Notes under the pieces: model-generated
The model's input: only the letters and a program-made list of their open reading frames with translations
Database searches by the model: none
Told to the model about the DNA's origin: nothing
Origin: an uncultured Gemmatimonadales bacterium
GTDB taxonomy: Bacteria > Gemmatimonadota > Gemmatimonadetes > Gemmatimonadales > GWC2-71-9
Reading direction: 5' to 3'
DNA length: 64,000 bases
Assembly (NCBI GenBank): GCA_963771275.1
Contig: CAVYSW010000006.1
Coordinates: 187,073 to 251,072 of the forward strand
Made by a program: the position numbers and the translations under genes
In this document: positions 52,201-60,974 of the stretch, piece by piece
Position numbering within the stretch: the stretch's first letter is position 1
Layout of the letters: every line of letters starts with the position of its first letter

Positions 52201-52867
52201 CCCCCCCGGGTCCTCCCCACCGCGCCACCGCGGCCGCGATCTCGCCCAGCACGTCGGCCTCGGACCGTCCGGAGCGCTTCGGAACCCTGAAGGAGTGATC
52301 GGCGTCCTGCACCACGTGCAGCGTGGCGCGGGCGCCGAGCCGGTCGCACACCCGTTGCATCAGGTCGAGCCGCGCGAGCGCGTCGCGCGTGCCCTGCACG
52401 AACAGCTGCGGCAGGGTGACGCGGTCCAGGTGCGCCGCGCGGCTGTCCCCCGACCGCCCCGCGGCGTGCAAGGGAAAGCCGATGAACGCAAGCCCACGGA
52501 CCCCTTCGAGCCCGCCGTGCGCCGCCGCCTCCGAGGTCATCCGACCACCGTAGGACTTGCCGCCCGCAACGATGGGGAGGTCGGGTGCGGCCGCCTGCGC
52601 GGCCCCGAGTGCCGCCCGCACGGTGGCCTGCGCCACCGCCGGCGCATCGGGGCGGCGGGCGCCGCGCTCCATGTAGGGGAACTGGTAGCGCAGCGTGGCC
52701 AAGCCCCGTTCGGCGAGGGCGCGCGCCAAGCCTTCGAGAAACGGGTGCCGCATCCCCGCGCCGGCGCCGTGCGCCAGCACGAGCAGCAGCATCGCGTCGG
52801 GCGGCCGCAGCAGCAGGCCGCCAACGGCCCCCGCCGCGGATTCGATCGTGACTGGACGGGCCGTCAT
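52190..52867 (-). CDS. Alpha/beta hydrolase (Tex30/KANL3-like), coupled to ligD
   Basis: [36 protein letters not shown] overlap with the ligD stop. Confidence 0.87.
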   Translation of the reverse strand: MTARPVTIESAAGAVGGLLLRPPDAMLLLVLAHGAGAGMRHPFLEGLARALAERGLATLRYQFPYMERGARRPDAPAVAQATVRAALGAAQAAAPDLPIVAGGKSYGGRMTSEAAAHGGLEGVRGLAFIGFPLHAAGRSGDSRAAHLDRVTLPQLFVQGTRDALARLDLMQRVCDRLGARATLHVVQDADHSFRVPKRSGRSEADVLGEIAAAVARWGGPGGAIR

Positions 52868-55383
52868 CCCCGTGCGATCCGGGCCTGGAGCCTGCTCAAC
52901 GCCTGGGCCAGATCCGACTTCTCCTGCAGCACACCCGCGAGCGGGTCGGCCTTCCACCGGGCCACGCGGCGTGGCACGGTTTTGATCGTGAACTTCCGGA
53001 TGTCGAGCTTGGGCGTCACTTCCTGCCACGTGAGCGGGGTCGACACGGGAGCCCCCGGCAGGGGGCGGACGCAGTATGGCGCCACGAGGAGCTTGCCGCG
53101 ACCATTCTGCAGATAGTCGAGATAGACCTTCCCCTCCCGCTGCGCCGGCAGTCGGCGCACGGTCGCGATGGCGGGCAGCTGCGCCACGAGCACCCAGGCC
53201 AGCAGCTCGGCCAGCTGTCGGGCCTGCTCGTGTGTGCACGCGCGCCCCAGGGGGATCATCAGATGCAGGCCCGATGATCCGCTGGTCTTCACGAACACCG
53301 GGAGCGCGATCTCGTCGCACAGCCGGCGCGCCGCCCGGGCGATCTCGACGACGTGCGCGAACGGCGCGTCGCCGGGGTCCAAGTCGATGATGGTCCAGTC
53401 GGGGTGCTCGAGCGTGGCGATCCGGCTGGCCCACACGTGGATCGGGATGGTCCCCAGATTCGCCACGTACACCAGCGCGTCGGCCTCGTCGGCCACGAAG
53501 TAACGCACCTCGCGTTCCGCGTCGTCGCTGTAGACGGTCTCCGTGCGAATCCAGTCCGGGGCGAACACGGGCGCGTCCTTCTGGAAGAACGACTTCCCGT
53601 CGATCCCGTCGGGGAAGCGCGTCATCACGAGCGGCCGATCCTGGAGGTACGGCAGCATCCACGGGGCGATCGTCCGGTAGTACGCGATCAGATCGCCCTT
53701 GGTGTATCCCTCCGCCGGCCAGAACACCTTGGCGAGGTTGCTGAGCGCGAGGTCGGCGCGCGGCGCGCGTCCAGCCGGCGCGGCCGCGGGCGCGGGCTCG
53801 CCACCCGCGCGCTCGGGCATGACGCAGTCCTCGGGGGGCTTGTCGTCGCGGAACCGCAGGAACACCGGCTGGCGCAGCAGCCGTTCCTCGGTCAGCTCCT
53901 TGTAGCGCACCGCGCACACCAGCTGCGGCGCCACCCACGTGTGCTCTGGGCCCGCCGGGGCGTCCCGACAGGGCGGTTCGTCGCGGCGCATCTCCTCGAG
54001 CGCGCGTCGTACCGTATCCAGCTCCTCCGCCCGGAATCCCGACCCCACGCGTCCCACGTACACGAGCCCGCTCGCGTCGAACGCCGCGACGTGCAGCGCC
54101 CCGAACCCGTCGCGCGAGCCCTTGGGGGCGGTGAACCCCACCACCACGAAGTCGTCCACCAGGTCGGCGCGGACCTTGAGCCACTGGCCGGAGCGTCCGG
54201 CCCGGTACGGGGCGTCGGCCTGCTTGGCCACCATGCCCTCGAGACCGAGCCCCACAACCTGCTGGTAGAACTGCTCGCCCTTCTCGTCCACGTGATCCGC
54301 GTACTTGAGGGGCCCCGCTTCGGGGAGCAGCTCGCGGGCGAGCAGCTTGCGCTCGACGAGGGGCAGCTCGCGGAGATCGTGATCATCGAACGCCAGCAGG
54401 TCGAAGACGTACAGCGTGGCGGGCAGCTCGACGGCCGCGCGCTTCACGTCCGGCGCCCGGGTCAGGCGCGCGCGCTGTTGCAGGCGTTGGAAGCTCGGGA
54501 GGCCGGAGCGGTCGTGTACGACCACCTCGCCATCGAACAGGACGTGGCGGTACGGCAGGGCGCGCAGCGCGCGGGCCAGCTCGGGGAAGCTCGGCGTGAG
54601 GTCGTTGCCGTTCCGGGTGAGGAGCCGCCCCTCCCCCTGCCCGGCCGCCGCGAGCATGCGATAGCCGTCGTACTTGATCTCGAACAGCCAGCCCGCCCGC
54701 GAAAATGGCCGCTCCCGCGTCTCGGCGAGCATCAGCGTCACCTGCTCGGGCATGATCTGCCGCTGCGGCGCTCCCAGCTCCGCGATCCGTGCCCGCACCC
54801 GCTCGGCCCGGTCGCGGCCAGCCTTGAGATCCTCGACCACGAGACCCGACAGGACCGATCCCTCGGGGAACACGTCGCCGGGATCCCTCACGAGCGCATC
54901 GCGCTCCTTGATCAACAGCCACTCGCGCTCGGCCTTCTTGATCTTCACCAGGGTCCAGCGCCCGCGCAGCTTGTACCCCCGGAGGTCGAACAGCAGCTTG
55001 CCCTTCGCCCACCCGGCCACCGGATCCTCGAGCGGCACCCACTCGCCGCGGTCCCACACGATCACCGCGCCGGCGCCGTAGTTGCCCTCGGGGATGATGC
55101 CCTCGAAGTCGCCGTACTCGAGCGGGTGGTCCTCGACATGGACCGCGAGCCGCTTGTCCGCCGGGTTCGCCGACGGCCCCTTGGGCACGGCCCAGGAACG
55201 GAGCACACCCTCCATCTGCAGCCGGAGATCGAAGTGCAGGTGGCTCGCCAAGTGCTTGTGAACCACGAACAACCGACCTTCCCCACCGCCGACGACACCC
55301 GCCGGCTCCGGGGTCTCACCGAGCGAACGCTTTGCCCGGTAAGCACTTAGCCGCTCTCGAGGAGACTCACCCGTTGCGCTCAT
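52864..55383 (-). CDS. ligD: NHEJ DNA ligase D (phosphoesterase-ligase-polymerase)
   Basis: PE domain: HKHLASHLHFDLRL, SWAVPKGP; ligase: EIKYDGYR, EGMVAK; polymerase: LSNLAKVFWP, IDLDP, KTSGSSGLH, DYLQN. Confidence 0.96.
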   Translation of the reverse strand: MSATGESPRERLSAYRAKRSLGETPEPAGVVGGGEGRLFVVHKHLASHLHFDLRLQMEGVLRSWAVPKGPSANPADKRLAVHVEDHPLEYGDFEGIIPEGNYGAGAVIVWDRGEWVPLEDPVAGWAKGKLLFDLRGYKLRGRWTLVKIKKAEREWLLIKERDALVRDPGDVFPEGSVLSGLVVEDLKAGRDRAERVRARIAELGAPQRQIMPEQVTLMLAETRERPFSRAGWLFEIKYDGYRMLAAAGQGEGRLLTRNGNDLTPSFPELARALRALPYRHVLFDGEVVVHDRSGLPSFQRLQQRARLTRAPDVKRAAVELPATLYVFDLLAFDDHDLRELPLVERKLLARELLPEAGPLKYADHVDEKGEQFYQQVVGLGLEGMVAKQADAPYRAGRSGQWLKVRADLVDDFVVVGFTAPKGSRDGFGALHVAAFDASGLVYVGRVGSGFRAEELDTVRRALEEMRRDEPPCRDAPAGPEHTWVAPQLVCAVRYKELTEERLLRQPVFLRFRDDKPPEDCVMPERAGGEPAPAAAPAGRAPRADLALSNLAKVFWPAEGYTKGDLIAYYRTIAPWMLPYLQDRPLVMTRFPDGIDGKSFFQKDAPVFAPDWIRTETVYSDDAEREVRYFVADEADALVYVANLGTIPIHVWASRIATLEHPDWTIIDLDPGDAPFAHVVEIARAARRLCDEIALPVFVKTSGSSGLHLMIPLGRACTHEQARQLAELLAWVLVAQLPAIATVRRLPAQREGKVYLDYLQNGRGKLLVAPYCVRPLPGAPVSTPLTWQEVTPKLDIRKFTIKTVPRRVARWKADPLAGVLQEKSDLAQALSRLQARIARG

Positions 55384-55411
55384 GACCTGGAAATTTTATA
55401 GTAGCGCCCCT
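55384..55411. promoter_or_regulatory. Putative bidirectional promoter between ligD and ku
   Basis: 28-bp spacer with an AT-rich core; TATAGT (+, 55397-55402) and TAAAAT (-, 55398-55393), each 9 nt from its ATG. Confidence 0.6.
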
Positions 55412-56263
55412 ATGAGCGCACGCCCCATCGGTTCCGCCACCCTGTCCTTCGGGCTCGTCTCCGTGCCCATCCAGATGTACTCGTCCTCCGAGTCCAAGAC
55501 CGGGATCTCGTTCAACTGGATTCACAAGGACTGCGGCTCGCGCCTCAAGCAGCAGTACGTCTGCAAGCAGGACGGCAAGGTCGTCGAGCGCGAGGACATG
55601 GTCAAAGGGTACGAGTTCGCCAAGAACCAGTTCGTCCTGTTCACACCCGACGAGCTGAAAGCCCTCGAGGAACAGCGCACCGAGACGGTCGAGATCACCG
55701 AGTTCGTGCCGGCCGACCAAGTGGCCCGGATCTGGATCAGCAAGATCTACTACCTCGGACCAGACAAGGGAGGCGCCCGCGCCTATCGGCTGCTGAGCCG
55801 GGCGATGCGCGAGACCGGGCGCGCGGCCCTGGGCCGCTACTCGGCGCGCGGCAAGCAGTACCTCGTCCTGATCCGCCCCGAGGGCGACGGGCTTGCGATG
55901 GAGCAGCTGTACTACGCGGACGAGATTCGCGCGTTCTCGGAGGTGGCACTCGACGAGGGCGACGTCAAGCCCGAGGAGCTGAAGCTCGCGGTGCAGCTGA
56001 TCGAGCAGGCCGCCGCGACGCAGTTCGACCCCACGAAGTACGCGGACGACGTGCGCAAACGGATCCTCGCGCAGATCGAGCGCAAGGTGCAGGGACAGGA
56101 GATCACCGCGGCCCCGGAGGAGGAGCCCCAGGCGCAGATCCTCGACCTGATGGAGGCCCTCAAGAAGAGCCTCGCGCAGGCGGACGCGGCCGGCGCGAAG
56201 CCCGGCGAGACCGCGGCGCCGGGCGGCGCGCGGAAGCGCAAGGCAACGGGAGGGCGCTCCTAG
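55412..56263 (+). CDS. ku: NHEJ Ku protein
   Basis: SFGLVSVPI, MVKGYE, IYYLGPD, AYRLLSRAM, FDPTKYAD, ILDLMEALKKSL, basic tail. Confidence 0.95.
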   Translation: MSARPIGSATLSFGLVSVPIQMYSSSESKTGISFNWIHKDCGSRLKQQYVCKQDGKVVEREDMVKGYEFAKNQFVLFTPDELKALEEQRTETVEITEFVPADQVARIWISKIYYLGPDKGGARAYRLLSRAMRETGRAALGRYSARGKQYLVLIRPEGDGLAMEQLYYADEIRAFSEVALDEGDVKPEELKLAVQLIEQAAATQFDPTKYADDVRKRILAQIERKVQGQEITAAPEEEPQAQILDLMEALKKSLAQADAAGAKPGETAAPGGARKRKATGGRS

Positions 56264-56270
56264 GCCACCA

Positions 56271-57110
56271 ATGCAGGGCTTCGGAACCGCCGACGTCTCC
56301 AAGCTGCTTGGCCTGACGCCCGGCCAGATCCGGACGTTCGCGCGTGCCGGGTTCCTGCGGGCGGCGCGGGGGTCCCGCGGCGAATATCGCTTCTCGTTTC
56401 AGGACCTCGTGCTGCTGCGCGCCGCCAAGGAGCTGCACGCGGCGCGCGTCTCGTTGGCCCGCATCAACCGCGCGCTCCGCTGGCTGCACCGCCAGCTCCC
56501 CGCCGACCGCCCGCTGAGTGAGCTGCGCATTACGGCCGAGGGGGACCGCATCGTGGTGCGCGACGGGCGGACCGCCTGGTATCCCGAGTCCGGACAGCTC
56601 ACGCTGGACTTTCCCGTCTCCGAGCTCGCGACGCAGATCGCCCCGCTGCTGCTGGTGCGGGCGCGGAAGTCGCGCGGCGCGACCGAGCCGTTCAGCGCCG
56701 AGGACTGGTTCGACTTCGCCCTCGAGCTCGAGGTATCAGCCCCCGCCGAGGCGCGGGATGCGTACGGTCGCTGCCTCGAGCTCAATCCCGACTATGCCGA
56801 AGCGCTGGTGAACCTCGGCCGCCTGATGCAGGCGGAAGGGCGGGTGCACGAGGCGGAGGATCTGTACCGACGGGCACGGACGGCCAGACCCGATCTCGCG
56901 GTCGCGGCGTTCAATCTCGGCACCGTGCTCGACGAGCAGAAGCGCCCCATCGAGGCGATCGACGCCTACCACGCGGCGCTCGAGGCCGATCCCGACCTCG
57001 CGGACGCGCACTTCAACCTCGCGGCGCTGTACGAGCAGGTGGGCAACACCGTGGCGGTGTACCGCCATCGGCGGCGGCATCGGGAGCTGACGGGAAAGAA
57101 GGGGCGCTAA
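56271..57110 (+). CDS. MerR-like HTH + tetratricopeptide repeat protein
   Basis: N-terminal DVSKLLGLTPGQIRTFARAGFL...YRFSFQDLVLLR; ~3-4 TPRs (EALVNLG, AAFNLG, DAHFNLA); 7 bp after the ku stop. Confidence 0.85.
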   Translation: MQGFGTADVSKLLGLTPGQIRTFARAGFLRAARGSRGEYRFSFQDLVLLRAAKELHAARVSLARINRALRWLHRQLPADRPLSELRITAEGDRIVVRDGRTAWYPESGQLTLDFPVSELATQIAPLLLVRARKSRGATEPFSAEDWFDFALELEVSAPAEARDAYGRCLELNPDYAEALVNLGRLMQAEGRVHEAEDLYRRARTARPDLAVAAFNLGTVLDEQKRPIEAIDAYHAALEADPDLADAHFNLAALYEQVGNTVAVYRHRRRHRELTGKKGR

Positions 57111-57183
57111 GTGGCGGCGGGTCGCGAGGTTGCGCATCCCAGCCAGGCATCAGCGTGCATGAGGAGGTCGCTGACACCGGAAT

Positions 57184-58470
57184 TCACGGCCTCAACCCGC
57201 CGGGCAGTCGCGGCGAGCCGAGCAGGGCGCCGAACACCTCCCAGCGTCTCGCGACATCGTCCCCCGCGGTCCGCTCGACGTACGCGGCGACCAGGTCCTT
57301 CCCCAGGGTGTAGTTGATCACGTAGCTCCGGTAGCGGTCCATGAACCGTACGCGCTGCGCCGCGCGCTCCGGGCTCGTCATGGCATACGTCACGAGCCAG
57401 TCGCCCGCCTGGTCGGCGGTGATCTCGCCGTCCAGATAGCGCCGGGCCGCCTCGTTCCCCGTGTAGTCGAGCTGCGCCACGAGACCCTGGACGCGGTAGT
57501 ACCATTCCGCGCCCGCGGGATCGAGACCCGCCAGGGGGAACAGCACGTCGCGCTCGAACGCGACCCGCTGCGTATCGGGAAACGCCAGGTCGATGCCGTA
57601 GTTGGCACTGCCTTCGGCGATGAGTGACTGCGGGCTGAACAGCGGGTAGACCGTGTACTCCATCCAGCCGCGCTGCCGCACGAGCTTGTCCTCGAGCAGC
57701 GTGTTGTACACGTGATGCCCGGGGTAGCCCTCGTGGCAGGCGAGATCGATGGCGCGGTCGATGAAGATCGGCAGGTCCGTGTTCACCTGGATCCGGCTCA
57801 CCGCCTTCCCCTGGTACCAGTTGTAGCCGCTCCACGGCTGGTCCGTCACGTACTCGACCGTGAACCGCTCGCCGGAGGGCAGCTCGAGATGCCGCAGGGT
57901 GCGCGCCCGGCATTCGGCGATCGCCCGCCGGAAGACCGTATCGATCCGGTCCGCCGGGATGACGAACGCCTGCCGGAAATGCTCGTAGCGCTCCTGGACC
58001 GGGCCCTCGCCCGGCAGGGCGGCATCGATCTGCCGCAGCACCGCCTCGAACCGGCTGTCCGGGCTGATCGGGGCGACCGCGTCGTACAGCGCCCGCGACT
58101 CCTCATCGAACGAGAGCTGTTTCCCTTGGAGCAGCTCCACCATGGCGCGGACCGCGCGGAGCTGCGTGCGGAGATAGGCCTGCCGCAGGCGGCGCATCTC
58201 GTCCTTCGGCGCGCGGATCTCATCGAGCCGTGCGAGCAGCACGTCGGTACGTCCGTGCAGGGTGATCAGCGAGGCGCTGTCGGCCCGCGCCGAGTCACGC
58301 CAGTCCGCGGGACCGTAGTAGGCGTCGATGTAGTCGGGCTGGTGCTCGCCCACGGCGAGCACGAGCTTGACGTAGGCTTCGGCGATCTCGTTCACGGGCT
58401 TGTTGGATGCGCAGGCACTCGCCAGCGTCGCGAGGATCAGGAGGGCGGGAACGGCGACCTGGCGTCTCAT
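57184..58470 (-). CDS. Lipoprotein with DUF885-like zincin motif
   Basis: Lipobox ASAC; CHEGYPGHH, AEGSANYG, YVINYTLG. Confidence 0.75.
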   Translation of the reverse strand: MRRQVAVPALLILATLASACASNKPVNEIAEAYVKLVLAVGEHQPDYIDAYYGPADWRDSARADSASLITLHGRTDVLLARLDEIRAPKDEMRRLRQAYLRTQLRAVRAMVELLQGKQLSFDEESRALYDAVAPISPDSRFEAVLRQIDAALPGEGPVQERYEHFRQAFVIPADRIDTVFRRAIAECRARTLRHLELPSGERFTVEYVTDQPWSGYNWYQGKAVSRIQVNTDLPIFIDRAIDLACHEGYPGHHVYNTLLEDKLVRQRGWMEYTVYPLFSPQSLIAEGSANYGIDLAFPDTQRVAFERDVLFPLAGLDPAGAEWYYRVQGLVAQLDYTGNEAARRYLDGEITADQAGDWLVTYAMTSPERAAQRVRFMDRYRSYVINYTLGKDLVAAYVERTAGDDVARRWEVFGALLGSPRLPGGLRP

Positions 58471-58584
58471 GCCGAGAATGTACGTCGCGGCGCGCACCGC
58501 GACCATACGGGTTTCAGGGTAATTTCAGCACCTCTTTACCTGGCCGGCCTTATGGAGGACGTGGGAACGTCCCCGGAGGTCCCA

Positions 58585-59046
58585 ATGCTGAGCCGTGCGC
58601 TCAAGCAGTTCCTCGACGACAGCCACGTCCGCTACATCACGGTCCACCATTCGCCGGCCTTCACGGCGCAGGAGATCGCCGCGAGCGCCCACATCTCCGG
58701 CTACGAGCTCGCCAAGACCGTCATTCTGAAGGTGGACGGGAAGATGGCCATGGCGGTCGTGCCGGCCCCGCAGCACGTCGACCTGATGCACCTCGAGGAC
58801 CTGATCGGCGCGGGGGAAGTGGCGCTCGCGACCGAGTCGGAATTCAAGCAGCGGTTCCCGGAGTGCGAGCTGGGCGCCATGCCGCCGTTCGGGACGCTGT
58901 ACGGGATGGACGTCTATGTGTCGGAGCGTCTGGCCGACGACGAGTACATCGCGTTCAACGCGGGGACGCATACGGAGCTGATCCGCATGCGGTACCGGGA
59001 CTTCGACCGGCTGGTCAATCCCAAGGTCCTGGCGTTTGCGCGCTAG
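58585..59046 (+). CDS. YbaK/ProX family aminoacyl-tRNA deacylase
   Basis: AFTAQEIA, AKTVIL, FPECELGAMPPFG, FNAGTH; RBS GGAGG. Confidence 0.9.
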   Translation: MLSRALKQFLDDSHVRYITVHHSPAFTAQEIAASAHISGYELAKTVILKVDGKMAMAVVPAPQHVDLMHLEDLIGAGEVALATESEFKQRFPECELGAMPPFGTLYGMDVYVSERLADDEYIAFNAGTHTELIRMRYRDFDRLVNPKVLAFAR

Positions 59047-59049
59047 GCG

Positions 59050-60657
59050 CTAGCGCAGGTCGCCGGCCTCGAACTTGAGTCCCACGATCCCGCTTCGGCG
59101 GTCGACCTCCGGGACGAGCGCCTCGGAGAACGTGGCCGACCGGCCGCCGGGGGCCACGACCTTCACCGTCGAGTTCCGGAACAGCGGGTAGTAGCCGATC
59201 ATCTGGCGCACCGCCCCGGGCGGCACCGTGCAATTGCACGGTATCGCCGCCTGGAGCCCGGCGTTCACCACCGCCGTGAGCGGCTGCCCGGTGTTGTTGG
59301 TGATCAGCGGCGCGAAGAACGCGCCATCGCCGGCAGCGGCGTGCGCTTCGACCAGGAGTCGCCCGCGGGGCTGGGCGAGGTTGATGCTGCCGGAGACTTC
59401 GACCCCCTCCGGCGCGCCGTTCGGACCCGTGGGGCGCACGAGCGTCCAGGCCGCGACGAACGGGCGGCCACGCCGGAGCGGCGCCCTGATCCGCCCGCCG
59501 GGCTCGACCACCTGTTCGCGGCCCGCCGCGGTGATCCGGACCGGCGCCACGAGGCGATTCTCGAACACCAGCGTCGGGCGCGCCAGCCAGAACCACCCGG
59601 CGGCGGCCAGGACCACGACGGGAACGCCGATCACCAGCCAACGTCTCGCGGGATTCCGCTCGTTCCGTCGTTCCGCCGTGGCGCCCGGGGGCTGGGGCTT
59701 GGCCGCTTTCCGCTCGCCGCTCGGCACGAGCTCGGTCTTGGCCTCCGTGCTGACGCCCGCCACCACCCGCCGGGCCGATACCTGCTCTTGTGACCCCGAG
59801 GCGCGCTCCCGGCTCAGCGCGTCCAGCACCATGGCGGCCGACTGATAGCGCTCGTCGGGCCGCTTCTGGAGGCAGCGCGTGATCACGTTCGACAGCCAGA
59901 GCGGAATGCGCGCGTCCACGTCCTTCGGGACCGGCGGCGGCTCAGCCAGGTGCTTACCCACAATCTCCTGGGAGGTCTGGCCGTCGAACGGCGGACCACC
60001 GGTCACCATCTGGAACAGCACCGCGCCGAAGGCATACAGGTCCGAGCGCGCGTCGAGGTTGCCCTGCCCCAACGCCTGCTCCGGGCTCATGTAGTGCGGG
60101 GTGCCAACCACGAAGCCGGTTTGGGTGAGGCCCGCTCCGCCGTCGAGCTGCTTCGCGATGCCGAAATCCACGAGCAGCGGACGGCCGCTCGTGGTCTCGA
60201 TCATGATGTTGTCGGGCTTGATGTCGCGGTGCACCAGCCCCTGCTCGTGCGCGTGGCGCAGCGCGTCGAGGATGGGAGCGGCGATGTCCACGGCCCGTTC
60301 CGGCGCCAGGTGGCCGGTGCGGCGCAGCAGGTCGCCGAGCGACTCCCCCTCGACGTACGGCATCGCGTAGTAGACGATGCCCTCGCCGTCACCCACGAAG
60401 TGGATCGGCAGGATGTTGGGGTGCTGGAGGCGGGCGATGGCCTTGGTTTCCTGTTTGAACCGCTGCAGCATGCCCGACGTCCAGGCGATGTCGGGGCGCA
60501 GGACTTTGACCGCGAGGCGGCGCTCCAGCTCCTTGTCGAGCACCTCGTAGACTTCCGCGAACCCGCCGCGACCCACCAGTCGCCGGACTTCGTACTTGGG
60601 GCCGAGCGCCTTGGCGAGGCGATCGATCGTATCGGAGGGAGTGGTGGGATCGGTCAC
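59050..60657 (-). CDS. Hanks-type Ser/Thr protein kinase with TM helix and extracellular C-terminal domain
   Basis: GRGGFAEV, AVK, HRDIKPDN, DFG, GTPHYMSPEQ; TM WLVIGVPVVVLAAAGWFWLA. Confidence 0.93.
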   Translation of the reverse strand: MTDPTTPSDTIDRLAKALGPKYEVRRLVGRGGFAEVYEVLDKELERRLAVKVLRPDIAWTSGMLQRFKQETKAIARLQHPNILPIHFVGDGEGIVYYAMPYVEGESLGDLLRRTGHLAPERAVDIAAPILDALRHAHEQGLVHRDIKPDNIMIETTSGRPLLVDFGIAKQLDGGAGLTQTGFVVGTPHYMSPEQALGQGNLDARSDLYAFGAVLFQMVTGGPPFDGQTSQEIVGKHLAEPPPVPKDVDARIPLWLSNVITRCLQKRPDERYQSAAMVLDALSRERASGSQEQVSARRVVAGVSTEAKTELVPSGERKAAKPQPPGATAERRNERNPARRWLVIGVPVVVLAAAGWFWLARPTLVFENRLVAPVRITAAGREQVVEPGGRIRAPLRRGRPFVAAWTLVRPTGPNGAPEGVEVSGSINLAQPRGRLLVEAHAAAGDGAFFAPLITNNTGQPLTAVVNAGLQAAIPCNCTVPPGAVRQMIGYYPLFRNSTVKVVAPGGRSATFSEALVPEVDRRSGIVGLKFEAGDLR

Positions 60658-60974
60658 GCGACAAATCTACAGCGCGCACGCAATGAGCGCGCGACCCACC
60701 GGGTCGCGCGCTCGAGCCCTCCATGCGGAGGACTTGTCAGTCGGGAATCGGCGGCGCGTGGTGAATCGCGACCACCGCCCGGCTTTGCACCCGGCATACC
60801 AGCCCACCTTGCGGTTGGGCCCGCGATGCGCGTTTGTGCTCTGCGGGGTGCCGGTGTCCTTCGCGTCCGGGCACACAGCTCGCCGCGTCGCCCAAGGTGC
60901 ATTCTCATGTTACGCACCATGGGGTGAAGCCGGGATGAAACCCGCGTGAGACACGGGGCCCCGGCGCTGGCTCG

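Noticed and set aside
60658..60974. ncRNA or small ORF in the 317-bp intergenic region
   Set aside because: Only short GC-rich hairpins expected by chance; no tRNA or known RNA signature and no convincing ORF.
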